A stretch of DNA of 64,000 bases from Gemmatimonadota bacterium (GTDB lineage Bacteria > Latescibacterota > UBA2968 > UBA8231). The translations under genes and the position numbers were made by a program. Below the pieces are notes generated by a model. It searched no databases. It was not told the DNA's origin and saw only the letters and a list, made by a program, of their open reading frames with translations. Positions 39,801 through 49,911 of the stretch are shown here, piece by piece (the first letter of the stretch is position 1; each line of letters begins with the position of its first letter). The stretch is from positions 113,353 to 177,352 of the forward strand of contig JAYOYH010000003.1 in assembly GCA_038153405.1 (NCBI GenBank), given 5' to 3'.

Positions 39801-40930
39801 GCCATTGACGTGCCAGAGCGCTGGACATATCCGCCCCCCGGCAGCAGACCGGCGACGATGTACCCCGGCGCAACGAGATCTATACTCGGTCCGAAGTTGG
39901 AAAAAGCCAGCACCTCGCCACTCGGCGCCGATGCGCCCACCGCAATGGTCTCCGACAGACGAGCGGGAAAGAACACGGCATCTTCGCCCTCGTTGCCCGC
40001 GGCTGCGACAAGGACGAGACCGGCATCGTGCGCATAGCGCACGGCATCGCGAATGAGGGGGCCGGGACTGGGATCTCCCCAGCTCATATTGATGACGCGC
40101 GCGCCGTTATCAACTGCGTATAGGATGGCCGCGGCAATATCGTCGTCTTCTAAGTACCCCCCTCCCGGCAAATTAAACCCGGCGCGCAGCACCATGATGC
40201 GCGCATTCGACGCCACTCCCGCAACGCCGATGCCATTGTCGGCAACGGCGGCAATAATGCCTGCCACGTGCGTGCCGTGTCCGGATTCGTCGCGCGGATC
40301 GCTATCGCGCTGGAGAAAGTCACCTACCCCCGGCAGTCCAGGCGCATCGCTGAAATCCCAGCCGACTATATCGTCGACATAGCCGTTGCCATCATCGTCG
40401 ACACCCGTTACTCCGTCCGCCTCGGCGCGGTTATGCCAAATCTGCCCTTGCAAGTCGGGGTGTTCAATGTCGACACCGGAGTCGATAACCGCTACGATTA
40501 CTGGGCCAGCTTCTACATCGGAGCGCCAGCCGATTGCATCCAGTGCCCACTGTTCACCCCGCAGCGAATCGACGCGGGTCGATGCGGGGCGGCGCAACAC
40601 GTTGGCCTGTGCCTGTTCCACGCCGTGCCATTGAGCAGCGCGCTGAGCCCAGGCAATGGGGTCGGCCTGTGGGTCAATGGAAACTCGGTACCAGCGCTCC
40701 AAGACGTCTATCGTCGCGCGCTTGGCACGGGGGCGAGCAGCGTGGCTAAAGAGGGGTTCGGGCACCGTCCGCGCGCCCATCGACTGTAGAACGGCCGCCG
40801 CATCGCCTGCCGATTTTGCCGCACCGGCGCGCAGGCGCAGCAGCACTTCTCCCGGCACCACGCCACCGACCTGTGCGTCTACTGCACGGGCCATAATCAG
40901 CCCGTAGATGAGCAAAACAGTCCATTTCAT
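36890..40930 (-). CDS. Secreted S8 (subtilisin-like) protease with FG-GAP repeats, FN3/Ig-like domains and FlgD/T9SS-like C-terminal domain
   Basis: VIDSG, HGTHVAG, AAAGN, GTSMAAPHVAG triad motifs; DLDGDGR repeats; C-terminal FPNPY...IYDAQGQVLR...WDG...LASGVYYY. Confidence 0.9.
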   Translation of the reverse strand: MKWTVLLIYGLIMARAVDAQVGGVVPGEVLLRLRAGAAKSAGDAAAVLQSMGARTVPEPLFSHAARPRAKRATIDVLERWYRVSIDPQADPIAWAQRAAQWHGVEQAQANVLRRPASTRVDSLRGEQWALDAIGWRSDVEAGPVIVAVIDSGVDIEHPDLQGQIWHNRAEADGVTGVDDDGNGYVDDIVGWDFSDAPGLPGVGDFLQRDSDPRDESGHGTHVAGIIAAVADNGIGVAGVASNARIMVLRAGFNLPGGGYLEDDDIAAAILYAVDNGARVINMSWGDPSPGPLIRDAVRYAHDAGLVLVAAAGNEGEDAVFFPARLSETIAVGASAPSGEVLAFSNFGPSIDLVAPGYIVAGLLPGGGYVQRSGTSMAAPHVAGLAALLLGRQPQWLDEQVRAALRASAVDVLAPGWDGYSGAGLAHFAALEEDRVPLARIVEPVQDGGVGNGEVPIELGVEDVDEWRVEWGAGSEPPAWYAIAAGAMGAEERGGLSWFTEGLSPGPYQLRLRARWGQRWVEDRVRVWVTQSAEPILRLRTAPALLAGAWRQIVEWETAGESAGRLIVERAGQVVYEAQVASALSQRVVLPTDLPTGVYTISARAESAAGQRGVWERLEGVELRNESIVRWPLRPGFELPAGYVLPSAVDANGDGQMELVQMGYGGGLQYNAVDYYQIDGSALSRIFTSLQLYIPWHAGDGDGDGLLEVLGVDAQRVRLFEAPSPGAFPRQLAWEQRGVWGGEVADLDGDGRDEFLLRSAKGSYVQVFEAQSDNDYVEVAVLNRTSDGSNELGQRQVVGDLDGDGRGELIGGDGDGDLFVFEAVANGTYRTTWEHDGDGDARTVGGGVDLDADGQMEFVVGRFYDDPFNVDARGWQVEVYGAVGNDQYALEWQGRILGTSFAGSGIHCGDLNGDGQIEWALVAVPDVYVFFSPATDTYEPVWRGRAVATQRPFFGDLDGDGRSELGFNGEDGVVVAQYGGKGDELFPPANVDAFPLASDRVQIEWQAVEGAVGYRVYRDGVAVGESGQTAYVDVLEGDGQTPLRYLVRAVAADGALGLPSAELLVVPQPQPRIERIARLSPRHLAVAFSQAMRRADDEPFRFRVEPHIGIPSSAVFDRGGMRAVLAFASVLPDSGAFELIANGLRAEGGGLLAETSTHFVLVAQARSARLLGAEALDAHRVVLDFDKAIRPTEDVSPFSLGDGIVIEAVRVDGTRVILTLAEEDALQPLGRAYRAVVDGLLDEDGLSVHGESRFLFAAADLRRAGPFPNPYIARRGSLVFGFLPPQSTVAIYDAQGQVLRRLEERDGDGGLLWDGANEAGTPLASGVYYYRIIAGGQSKVGSLALVR

Positions 40931-41107
40931 ATGCATTGGAAGATAACTACAGCGATCGCTGGAAGGGCAGCAAGCCCTGTAGAAGCAATGGAACCGTTCC
41001 CCTTATATCTCTGCGCTGCAGCATCGAGCATTGATAACGCAACGCAACGGGTTCGGGACAGGGCCCGTGCAGGGGTGTGCTGCGGCAAGTGGGCGTCTGC
41101 CGTGCCG

Positions 41108-44100
41108 CTACGTTAGGTCGCGCAGGCGCTGCGCTACCTCTTTGCACACGCGTTCGGCAGCGCGCTCTTTGACCGCTTCGTAGCCGCGAATTTCATCTGC
41201 CATATCGGCTATCTGCACGCAGGCGCCGTAGTTTTCTTCGCATATATGCGCCAGCGCCGCCTGCACCACTTCTCGATACCAGCCGATGAGTTCGCGCTCG
41301 AGTCGTCGCCCAGATGCCCTGCCAAAGGGGTCGAACGGTCCCCCGCGCAGCACCTTGCCCCTTCGCAGTAAATTCAACACCCCGTGAAACCACCCCCCCA
41401 GGGCAACCTTCTTACTAAATAGCCAGCGCAGCGAGGGAGGGTGTAGGCGATAGGTCAATTCGACGGGGCCGGCAAAGAGCCCTTTTAGCCTTTCGACATT
41501 GCTGTCCTTAGTCGCCAAACGCGCCACTTCGTATTCATCCTTATAGGCCATCAGACGGTAGAACTGCTTACTCACGGCCTGTGCAAACTCGCCACTCAGC
41601 CCCATTTCCCGCTCTCGATTATACACCGACTCGACAAATTCGACGTAGACGGCGGCGTAGGCGGCATCCTGGTAGGCGCACAATTCGGCGATGCGCACGG
41701 CTAGGGCGGGCTTGCCAGCCTCTGGCCAAGCCCCGTTTAGCACTCCTTCGAGCAGCGCGCTTCCCCGCGCGTTGCCCGCCAGCGCGCGGCGCGCGGCGGC
41801 AATGCGCTGCTGATCGGAGACGACCGACGAGCCCAGAGCCGCCTCGACGCGACCGGGATCGGCCACGGCTAGGCGCCCCCAGCGAAAGGCGCGGATATTA
41901 TTTTCTATCGCTTTGCCGTTGAGCCGTATGGCCTGTTCGATAGAATCGGCCCCAACGGGTATGCAGCCAGACTGGTAGGCCGCACCCAGCAGCAGCATAT
42001 TGGCGTAGAGGATGTCGGCAAAGAGCGCTTCGGCTAGCCAATAGGTATCCATGTAGACGCTCTCCCCCTTGCGCACGTGGCGTTCGATCTGCGAGGTGAG
42101 CGCATCGACGGCAGGAAAGAGCACCTGGCGCGGATTGCGGTTCATTTCTGCCGTCGGCACCTGCGCCGTGCTAACGACGGCGCGCGACACACCGGGAGCG
42201 ACGTTGCGCAAATTGCTCTCTTCGGCGGCGCGCAGCAGGTCGAATCCCAAATACAGGTCGACCTGTCCGGGAAATAGGTGGTTAAATACGGGCTGCTCCC
42301 CTTCTGCAATGACGATGGGGGCCTCGACCGGGCCGCCCTTTTGCGCCAGACCCGTGTTGTTCGACAAGTATACGCGCTTGCCCTCCAACATGGCCGCATA
42401 GGCCAATAGGTGCGAAAGCGTCACCACGCCGGTGCCACCGCGACCAACGGCGAGAATAGAATACCCCGATCCAAGCGGACAGGGAGGCGGTTCGGGCAGA
42501 TCATCAACCGTTTCGGGCGAGCGGCGACGCAGGCCCATGCCCCCCGTATCGCGGACGACGACAAAGGCCGGACACTCGCCGTCGATGCAGAGTTCATCCT
42601 GCGCACAGTTGGCCTGGCGCACTTGGGTCTTTACACCCCACTCGGTTTCGACACTGTGCAGGGCAGCGCAACCTTCCGACTGTCCGTAGCAGTCTCCGCA
42701 TCCCTCACACACTTCGTCGTTGATCAGCACGTAGCGATCGGGCTTGATGCCCTGGCGTCGGTTGCGCCGTCCCCGCTCGGTCGCACACTCCTTGTCCAAT
42801 AGCAGCACGGTAGTCCCAGCAGTGGCCTTGAACTGATCCTGTGCCGCTGCCTGCTCGTCCAGTGTGTAAATCTGCACGCACTCGCTCTTGGGCAAATCGA
42901 ATTCGGCACCCCGCGCCGTGATGACCCCCACCCGCGCCACGCCCAACCCCAACAGTTCCTGCACGACCTCGGGAATGCTGCGCACACCGCCGGGATTCTG
43001 CCCCCCCGTCAGCGCCACAACTCCATTAAAGAGCAGTAAAAAGGTGATGTTTACATCGCTCTGAACGCAGCTTTGAATCGCCCCGCGACCGCTGTGAAAG
43101 TAGGACCCGTCGCCCAAGTATTGGAAAATATGGCGATTGCCGTTAAAGGCGGCCCATCCGCTGTATATCGACCCGCCCGCTCCCATCGTCGGGATGTAAA
43201 GCACGCCGTTGTCGTAGGCGGGAATCGCGCGAATCGATGAGCAGCCAATGGCTCCACCCGGCTTTTCTTTTAGCGTGCGAAAGCTGTTGTAAGGGCACCC
43301 TCCGCACGACATGGGCGTCACGGTGGGGGTGCCCGAATAGATGCGCCCTTCCAACGCTTGGAGTCGCTCCAACGCCGGCCCGCCGACGCCCAGCCGCCCG
43401 GCCAGCAAGCGCGCTAGTCGTTCCGGGGTGACTTCGCCGTGCGAGGGCACAAACGGAGCGCCTCCCTCATCCCACTGGCCTAGGAACTGCTCCACCTGAC
43501 TGCCCCACAGCGCGGCGCGGACAGCGTCTTCGACAAAGGGTCCCGGCTCTTCGACCAGATAGATAGAGCGGAGCCCTCGGGCAAATCGGCGCACGATCTG
43601 TGCATCGAGCGGATAGGGTGCGCGCAGGTGTAAGATGGGCAGGCGAACGCCGAGATAGTTCAGTGCCTGACGCACATCGGCGTAGCTCTTTCCCGTCGCA
43701 ATGATGCCGATTGTGCCACCGGCTTCGGCGTCGACGATGCGGTTGATATCGTTTTGGCGAATGTATTCCTCGGCTAGCGGCAGACGCTCTTCGACCAGCT
43801 GCTGCTGCATGGGCAGGGCGCGCGTAGCCATGACAATGCGGTTAAAAACCTTCTCGTACGAGCGCTCAGGCAGGGCAATATCCGGCCGCACCTGCTGCAA
43901 GTCTACCGTGCTTGCCGCATCGCATACCGGCGTGACCAATTTGAGCGCCGTTACGACACCGGCGTGGCGCGACAGCGCCACGGCATGCAGCCCCAGTTCA
44001 ATGATTTCGCCAACGCTAGACGGATAGAAGATGGGCACCATGCAGCTGCGCAGTACGCCGTCGCTGGCCCCAGGTGATACCGAGCTCTTTGACTGGTGGT

Positions 44101-44530
44101 CTTCACCGCTGAGCAGGACCATTGAACCGCGCGCGCTGGTGCCGCTCAGATTGGCCAACCACACCTCGTCGGGCACCCACATCGTACCGTGTGCTTTGCC
44201 ATACCAAAAAGCGTCGACGTCGCCGCTTTCGGCAAACTGCGTGCCCAACATGGCCGAGGCCGCCGTTTTTTCGTTGATGCCAAATTGGTGCAGCGTGCGA
44301 CCGCGCTCGTTGAGAACACTCATCTGTTCGACCAATTTTAGGTCGAGACCGCCCAGCGGCGACCCCTCGTAGCCGCTCACGTAGGTTTGATTGACTTGGC
44401 CCAATTGCGCATCGCGCCGCTGCTTCTCTACGATCAGGCGCACGATGGCTTCCATCCCGGTCAAAAAGACGGTGCCTTCATCCTTCTCGTACTTGTCGTC
44501 CAGTCTTAGTTCCACATGCGCTCGATCCAC
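41108..44530 (-). CDS. Indolepyruvate:ferredoxin oxidoreductase family protein, fused single chain
   Basis: VSGYEGSPLGG, GINEK, CGGCP, LGDGSYFHSG (TPP), CEGCGDC, GRGGTGVVT, GLAQKGG, AYKDEYEVARL; GTG start. Confidence 0.9.
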   Translation of the reverse strand: MDRAHVELRLDDKYEKDEGTVFLTGMEAIVRLIVEKQRRDAQLGQVNQTYVSGYEGSPLGGLDLKLVEQMSVLNERGRTLHQFGINEKTAASAMLGTQFAESGDVDAFWYGKAHGTMWVPDEVWLANLSGTSARGSMVLLSGEDHQSKSSVSPGASDGVLRSCMVPIFYPSSVGEIIELGLHAVALSRHAGVVTALKLVTPVCDAASTVDLQQVRPDIALPERSYEKVFNRIVMATRALPMQQQLVEERLPLAEEYIRQNDINRIVDAEAGGTIGIIATGKSYADVRQALNYLGVRLPILHLRAPYPLDAQIVRRFARGLRSIYLVEEPGPFVEDAVRAALWGSQVEQFLGQWDEGGAPFVPSHGEVTPERLARLLAGRLGVGGPALERLQALEGRIYSGTPTVTPMSCGGCPYNSFRTLKEKPGGAIGCSSIRAIPAYDNGVLYIPTMGAGGSIYSGWAAFNGNRHIFQYLGDGSYFHSGRGAIQSCVQSDVNITFLLLFNGVVALTGGQNPGGVRSIPEVVQELLGLGVARVGVITARGAEFDLPKSECVQIYTLDEQAAAQDQFKATAGTTVLLLDKECATERGRRNRRQGIKPDRYVLINDEVCEGCGDCYGQSEGCAALHSVETEWGVKTQVRQANCAQDELCIDGECPAFVVVRDTGGMGLRRRSPETVDDLPEPPPCPLGSGYSILAVGRGGTGVVTLSHLLAYAAMLEGKRVYLSNNTGLAQKGGPVEAPIVIAEGEQPVFNHLFPGQVDLYLGFDLLRAAEESNLRNVAPGVSRAVVSTAQVPTAEMNRNPRQVLFPAVDALTSQIERHVRKGESVYMDTYWLAEALFADILYANMLLLGAAYQSGCIPVGADSIEQAIRLNGKAIENNIRAFRWGRLAVADPGRVEAALGSSVVSDQQRIAAARRALAGNARGSALLEGVLNGAWPEAGKPALAVRIAELCAYQDAAYAAVYVEFVESVYNREREMGLSGEFAQAVSKQFYRLMAYKDEYEVARLATKDSNVERLKGLFAGPVELTYRLHPPSLRWLFSKKVALGGWFHGVLNLLRRGKVLRGGPFDPFGRASGRRLERELIGWYREVVQAALAHICEENYGACVQIADMADEIRGYEAVKERAAERVCKEVAQRLRDLT

Positions 44531-44712
44531 ACAGCGTGCACTCCACTTTCTTCCGGCTGATTATACGCAGGCCACTCAGGGCGAGCAAGCCACCCAAACA
44601 GCGGTCCGGAGCAAAGGGCGATTTGCCCATCGGCGATACATCGCACTATATTTCTATATTATAATAGACGAGCATATTCAACTACCGCACAACCGCCAAC
44701 ATCAGGTGAAAC

Positions 44713-45003
44713 ATGGCTGAGAATATTGACGAACTTACGATCCACTACGAAGAAGACGGGCGCGTGCTGCGCAAAGAACTGGCCAAGGAAGCGTTGAGCA
44801 AAGGCTCTTGGGCGACGATTATGTACCTGTATCAGGACTTGGATCGCAAGACGGATGAGTACGGCCCGCAGAAGATTTCCATTCGCCGCTATCAAAAGCG
44901 CGAAGGCACCTTTATTCAGCGCAGCAAATTCGAAATTTCCAGCGCCAACCAAGCGCGCGCCATCTGCGCCAAAATCGAGGATTGGTTTCCCCAAGAAGAC
45001 TGA
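44713..45003 (+). CDS. Small hypothetical protein
   Basis: RBS AGGTGA; good codon usage; acidic N-terminus and basic ISIRRYQKR segment. Confidence 0.8.
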   Translation: MAENIDELTIHYEEDGRVLRKELAKEALSKGSWATIMYLYQDLDRKTDEYGPQKISIRRYQKREGTFIQRSKFEISSANQARAICAKIEDWFPQED

Positions 45004-45083
45004 TCGTTCGCTCCTGAACCATCCGCCGAGTGTCCCCGCCGGAGCGTTTCCGCTCTCGCAGGGGCTTTTCTGAAGACGCTGCC

Positions 45084-46127
45084 ATGCAATCGCACCGCGC
45101 GGCGATCGTCGGTCTGACCGGCATTGGCGCAGCGCGCCCGGCCGAGCACCCGCTCGTAGCGGCCCCGCGCTCCCACGCGGCCGCCTACCATCGCCATCCA
45201 CACACCGAGCTAGTCGCCGTTTGCGACAAGAATCCCGCTGCCCTTGCGCAGTTTCGCCAGACTTGGCAAGACGTCTGGCCGCAGCTGCGCTATTACGAAG
45301 ACCATCGGGAGATGCTCAGTGACGCACGCCCAGAGCTCCTCAGCGTAGTCACCTCCGACCACGCCCATGCCGACATTGTGGTGGACGGAGCGCTCGGCTC
45401 GCCGCGCGCCATACTGTGCGAAAAACCCATCGCCACGACGTTGGCCGATGCCGACCGCATGATCGCCGCCTGCGAAGAGCACGACACCCTGCTTTCGATA
45501 GAGCATACCCGGCGCTGGAACCCGGCGTTTGTGCGCGCACGCCAATTGATTTGCTCCGGTGAGTTGGGCCCCCTGCGCACCATGGTCGCCGAAATGTTTA
45601 GCCCGCGCGCCATGTTGATGCGCAACGGCATTCACCTCATCGATCTGTTCACCTTCTTTGCCGACGGCCACGTGCAGTGGGTCGTCGGCGAGTTGGAAGA
45701 GGGCTTTGAGGACTACGGTAGCTACCGAGGCGACGGTGGCCGCGACCCGGGAATAGAACCCTTTGCCTCGAGCTATGTGCGCTTTCGCTCGGGGGTGCGA
45801 GCCTTTTTCAACTCCTACAAAACCACCATGCCGGGATGGCAAATGCAGCTTACGTGCGATGGTGGCCGCCTGGAACTTTCCGACCGCAGCGCCCGGCTCA
45901 TACGCCCGACATCGCACTACGAATGGAACGAAAGCGAACTGCACGTCGGCGACTATATGCACACCAACCAACTGGGCGCCGTGCACGAATTGGTCGAGAT
46001 TCTGGCAGGGCGCGGCGAACTGGCCTGTCCGCCGCGCGAGGCGCGCAAGGCCCTGGAGATCACGCTGGCCATCCTGCAGTCGCACGTGCGCGGAAACGTG
46101 CCGATCGCCCTGCCGCTGCCCAGCTAA
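45084..46127 (+). CDS. Gfo/Idh/MocA family oxidoreductase
   Basis: [24 protein letters not shown]. Start trimmed to ATG 45084. Confidence 0.9.
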   Translation: MQSHRAAIVGLTGIGAARPAEHPLVAAPRSHAAAYHRHPHTELVAVCDKNPAALAQFRQTWQDVWPQLRYYEDHREMLSDARPELLSVVTSDHAHADIVVDGALGSPRAILCEKPIATTLADADRMIAACEEHDTLLSIEHTRRWNPAFVRARQLICSGELGPLRTMVAEMFSPRAMLMRNGIHLIDLFTFFADGHVQWVVGELEEGFEDYGSYRGDGGRDPGIEPFASSYVRFRSGVRAFFNSYKTTMPGWQMQLTCDGGRLELSDRSARLIRPTSHYEWNESELHVGDYMHTNQLGAVHELVEILAGRGELACPPREARKALEITLAILQSHVRGNVPIALPLPS

Positions 46128-46183
46128 GACCCGTACCCCCAGAGCGAGATCACCCACAGGAAAAGGCGAGACACAGACCGTCC

Positions 46184-47317
46184 ATGACACCGATTGAACG
46201 CAACCCTACCCGCAGTGTGCGCATTGGCCGTACGCACATCGGCTCACAGCACCCCATCGCCGTGCAGAGCATGGCCGCCACGCGCACCCAAGACATGGCC
46301 GCGACCCTGCGCCAAGTCGAACTCATCGGCCAAGCCGGTGCCGACATTATCCGCATTGCCGTCGACAACCGCAAGGACGTCGAGGCCCTAGCTGAAATAG
46401 CTCAGCACACCGACGTGCCGCTTAGCGTCGATCTGCAGGAAAATTACCGGTTGGTCCAGCACGTAGCGCCCCACGTGCAGAAAGTGCGCTACAATCCGGG
46501 CCACCTCTACCACCACGAAAAGGACAAGAGCATAGCCGACAAGGTCGCCTTTATTGCAGATGAGGCGGCTAAAAATGACTGCGCCCTGCGCGTGGGCGTT
46601 AACTGCGGCTCCGTCGACCCCGACAAGGTAGGCCTTTTTCCGGTCGGCGATTCCATTTCGCCCATGCTCGCCTCAGCCCTAGAGCACTGCCAGATACTCG
46701 ACGACCTCGGATTTACCCGCTACTGCGTCTCTCTAAAGGATTCCGACCCGCAAAACGTAATTGACGCCAACAGCCGCTTTGCCGCCGAACGACCCGACGT
46801 GCCTCTGCACCTGGGCGTGACGGAAGCGGGCATGCCACCCGAGGGGATTATCAAGACGCGCATCGCCTTTGAACAGCTTATCACCGCGGGCATTGGCGAT
46901 ACGATCCGCGTTTCGCTGACGCTGCCCTTTGACGATAAGGGCGAGGAAATACGCGTCGGTCGCCAAATCCTCGATGACATCTATTCTGGGCGCTTCCGCT
47001 CCGTGCCCAAACTGCTCGATACCGGCCTGAATATTATTTCCTGCCCTTCGTGCTCGCGGGTAGAGAACGAGGCCTTTATCGAGTTAGCCCACAAGGTGCG
47101 CGAAGTGACCGAATACGCCAAGGAGCACGCCATTACCATTGCCGTGATGGGATGTCGGGTCAACGGACCGGGTGAAACAGACGACGCCGACCTCGGCCTG
47201 TGGTGCGCCCCCAACTTCGTCAACCTCAAGCGCGGCCCCGAACCCATCGGCCAATTTGGCTACGACGAGGTGCTGGACAAGTTGCGCCAGGAAGTCGATC
47301 GCATCATCGCGTCTTAA
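46184..47317 (+). CDS. ispG: (E)-4-hydroxy-3-methylbut-2-enyl-diphosphate synthase
   Basis: [60 protein letters not shown]. Start trimmed to ATG 46184. Confidence 0.95.
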   Translation: MTPIERNPTRSVRIGRTHIGSQHPIAVQSMAATRTQDMAATLRQVELIGQAGADIIRIAVDNRKDVEALAEIAQHTDVPLSVDLQENYRLVQHVAPHVQKVRYNPGHLYHHEKDKSIADKVAFIADEAAKNDCALRVGVNCGSVDPDKVGLFPVGDSISPMLASALEHCQILDDLGFTRYCVSLKDSDPQNVIDANSRFAAERPDVPLHLGVTEAGMPPEGIIKTRIAFEQLITAGIGDTIRVSLTLPFDDKGEEIRVGRQILDDIYSGRFRSVPKLLDTGLNIISCPSCSRVENEAFIELAHKVREVTEYAKEHAITIAVMGCRVNGPGETDDADLGLWCAPNFVNLKRGPEPIGQFGYDEVLDKLRQEVDRIIAS

Positions 47318-47480
47318 CCCCGATGGGCCTCGCTCACTCCATTCTTTTTTGCCACCGCTCCTGCAGACGCACCGCTGTCCCCCGTTTCTCCAGCGCCACA
47401 GCGCGGCCAGACGCGCTTTCCAGCCCTCGGGCAAAAGCCCTATATTAGCCCCTCAGAACCGCTTCCGCGAAAGGAACCCC

Positions 47481-48221
47481 ATGCACAACCCCATTAGAGA
47501 AGCGCTGGCTGCCGGCCGGCCTTCGATTGGCAGCTGGCTCAACCTCGGCTCACCGCTGGCCGCCGAAGTTATGGCCGCCGCCGGCTTTAGCTGGCTGTGC
47601 GTCGACGCCGAGCACACCGCCTACGATATGGAGTCCATCGCCCACACCTTTCGCGCCATTGAGGCCCGCGGTGCCATACCGCTCGTGCGCGCCTGGGACC
47701 ACGATCCGACCACCGCCGCCCGCCTGCTCGACGCGGGCGCCTACGGCATTGTATTTCCCCACGTCAGCACCCCACAGCAGGCCGAAGGGCTAGCTCGGGC
47801 CATGCGCTTTCCGCCCCGCGGCATTCGCTCGGCCGGCACCGGGCGCTGCGCCACGCTGGCCCCCGACTACCGCAAGGTCTTCGACGATATCGTTCTCTGC
47901 ATTCCCCAAATCGAAGATATGGAAGGCGTCGAAAACGCCGAGGCCATCGCCCGAGTCGACGGCGTCGATATCGGCTTTCTCGGCCCGGGTGATCTGGCCA
48001 TGTCGATGGGCGTCGAACCGGGGCACCCCGATCACGAAGCGGCCCTGCTGCGCTTTTTAGCGGGGTGTCAGCGCGCCGGCACCAGCTGCGGCATTCCCAC
48101 CAAGGACGCGGCCAGCACGCGCCGGCGCCTCGAGCAGGGATTCCGCTTTATCGATATCAATAACGACCTGCGTTTTCTCGAGGCCGCCGCCGCGCAGATT
48201 CTCTCAGAAATAGAATCTTAA
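47481..48221 (+). CDS. HpcH/HpaI class II pyruvate aldolase, copy 1
   Basis: VDAEH, LDAGAYG, FPPRGIRS, PQIE, FLGPGDL; ATG 47481 after AAGGA. Confidence 0.92.
   Translation: MHNPIREALAAGRPSIGSWLNLGSPLAAEVMAAAGFSWLCVDAEHTAYDMESIAHTFRAIEARGAIPLVRAWDHDPTTAARLLDAGAYGIVFPHVSTPQQAEGLARAMRFPPRGIRSAGTGRCATLAPDYRKVFDDIVLCIPQIEDMEGVENAEAIARVDGVDIGFLGPGDLAMSMGVEPGHPDHEAALLRFLAGCQRAGTSCGIPTKDAASTRRRLEQGFRFIDINNDLRFLEAAAAQILSEIES
47520..47986 (+). repeat. 467-bp exact direct repeat, copy 1
   Basis: Read base by base against 48292-48758 (offset 772) with no mismatch seen; second identical block 48003-48048 / 48775-48820. Confidence 0.93.
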
Positions 48222-48252
48222 ATACTGCATCACAATACTTTATAACGATTAT

Positions 48253-48999
48253 ATGAATAATTCCATACGGCAAATATTGGCTGCCGGCCGACCTTCGATT
48301 GGCAGCTGGCTCAACCTCGGCTCACCGCTGGCCGCCGAAGTTATGGCCGCCGCCGGCTTTAGCTGGCTGTGCGTCGACGCCGAGCACACCGCCTACGATA
48401 TGGAGTCCATCGCCCACACCTTTCGCGCCATTGAGGCCCGCGGTGCCATACCGCTCGTGCGCGCCTGGGACCACGATCCGACCACCGCCGCCCGCCTGCT
48501 CGACGCGGGCGCCTACGGCATTGTATTTCCCCACGTCAGCACCCCACAGCAGGCCGAAGGGCTAGCTCGGGCCATGCGCTTTCCGCCCCGCGGCATTCGC
48601 TCGGCCGGCACCGGGCGCTGCGCCACGCTGGCCCCCGACTACCGCAAGGTCTTCGACGATATCGTTCTCTGCATTCCCCAAATCGAAGATATGGAAGGCG
48701 TCGAAAACGCCGAGGCCATCGCCCGAGTCGACGGCGTCGATATCGGCTTTCTCGGCCCCAACGATCTGTCTCTATCGATGGGCGTCGAACCGGGGCACCC
48801 CGATCACGAAGCGGCCCTGCAAGCCGTTTTGCAGGCCTTTACCCGCGCCCAAAAGCCCTGCGGACTGTCCGTGCGCGGCGCGGCCAACGTGCGCCAACGC
48901 CTGCAGCAGGGTTTTCGCTTTGTCGATGCGGCCAGCGATCTGCGCAGCCTAGAGGGATGGGCCATCGCCCAATTGCGCGCAGTCAACTCGCATGCGTAG
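48253..48999 (+). CDS. HpcH/HpaI class II pyruvate aldolase, copy 2
   Basis: Same motifs with FLGPNDL; different N-terminal residues and C-terminal ~55 aa. Confidence 0.92.
   Translation: MNNSIRQILAAGRPSIGSWLNLGSPLAAEVMAAAGFSWLCVDAEHTAYDMESIAHTFRAIEARGAIPLVRAWDHDPTTAARLLDAGAYGIVFPHVSTPQQAEGLARAMRFPPRGIRSAGTGRCATLAPDYRKVFDDIVLCIPQIEDMEGVENAEAIARVDGVDIGFLGPNDLSLSMGVEPGHPDHEAALQAVLQAFTRAQKPCGLSVRGAANVRQRLQQGFRFVDAASDLRSLEGWAIAQLRAVNSHA
48292..48758 (+). repeat. 467-bp exact direct repeat, copy 2
   Basis: Identical to 47520-47986. Confidence 0.93.
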
Positions 49000-49011
49000 T
49001 TCCCAGCCGCG

Positions 49012-49896
49012 ATGAACATACTCAATTTCGGCTCGCTCAACATCGATCTGGTCTACCAGGTCCCGCACATCGCGCGGCCAGGGGAAACCATTTCGAGCAC
49101 GCAGCACAGCGTCTTTGCCGGGGGCAAGGGAGCCAATCAGTCGGCCGCCTTAGCCTTGGCGGGAGCCGATGTGTACCACGCCGGACAAGTGGGACAAGAC
49201 GGCGCCTGGCTGGTGGAAAAGCTGAAAGCGATGGGCGTCGATATGCAGTGGACGCGCGTGGTGGCTGAGCGCACCGGACACGCCCTGATCCAGGTGGCCG
49301 AAAGCGGCGAAAACAGCATCGTGCTCTTTCCCGGCGCCAACGCCACCCTGCAGCGGCCCCATATAGACCGCGTCATTAGCCGTTTCGAAAAAGGCGATAT
49401 ACTGCTCTTGCAGAATGAGATAAACGATATTTCGTATATTTTGACGCAGGCGGCCAAACGCGGCATGCGCATCGCCTTTAATCCCGCTCCTTTCCATGCC
49501 GACATCCTCACCTACGGCCTCGAACACGTCGAATGGCTTCTGCTCAACGAGACGGAAGCGGCCGGATTGCTAGCGGAGTCGCTGGAGCCGGATGCGGCAT
49601 TGGCCGCTCTCGCTCGGCGCTATCCGCAGGCGCACGTAGTCCTCACCCTGGGAACAGCCGGCGTCCGCTTTCGCTCCCCCCAGGCGACCTATGCCGTGCC
49701 GGCGCGCGCCGTGCACAGCGTCGATACCACGGGTGCCGGTGACACATTTATTGGCTATTTCCTCGCCGCCCTGAGCGGAGGCCACGATGCGCTAACCGCG
49801 CTCCAGCACGGCGTTAGCGCCGCCGCGCTCTGCGTGACCAAACCGGGTGCAATGGATTCTATACCAAGCTCAGAAGAAGTTCGTAACTTATTGTAG
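49012..49896 (+). CDS. rbsK: Ribokinase (PfkB family)
   Basis: GSLNIDL, PGET, GGKGANQ, GENSI, LLQNE, NPAP, NETE, DTTGAGDTF. Confidence 0.85.
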   Translation: MNILNFGSLNIDLVYQVPHIARPGETISSTQHSVFAGGKGANQSAALALAGADVYHAGQVGQDGAWLVEKLKAMGVDMQWTRVVAERTGHALIQVAESGENSIVLFPGANATLQRPHIDRVISRFEKGDILLLQNEINDISYILTQAAKRGMRIAFNPAPFHADILTYGLEHVEWLLLNETEAAGLLAESLEPDAALAALARRYPQAHVVLTLGTAGVRFRSPQATYAVPARAVHSVDTTGAGDTFIGYFLAALSGGHDALTALQHGVSAAALCVTKPGAMDSIPSSEEVRNLL

Positions 49897-49911
49897 AAGA
49901 AAGGGATCACC

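Noticed and set aside
45836..46183. N-terminal extensions in the ORF track (ispG; also aldolase 47172, YfhO 22420, DUF2723 19952)
   Set aside because: They overlap upstream genes and are low-complexity; downstream starts fit RBS/overlap evidence and family length.
47520..48758. Direct repeat as an IS, prophage att site or diversity-generating retroelement template/variable pair
   Set aside because: Both copies lie in frame within enzyme genes; no transposase, integrase or reverse transcriptase; no adenine-specific mismatches.
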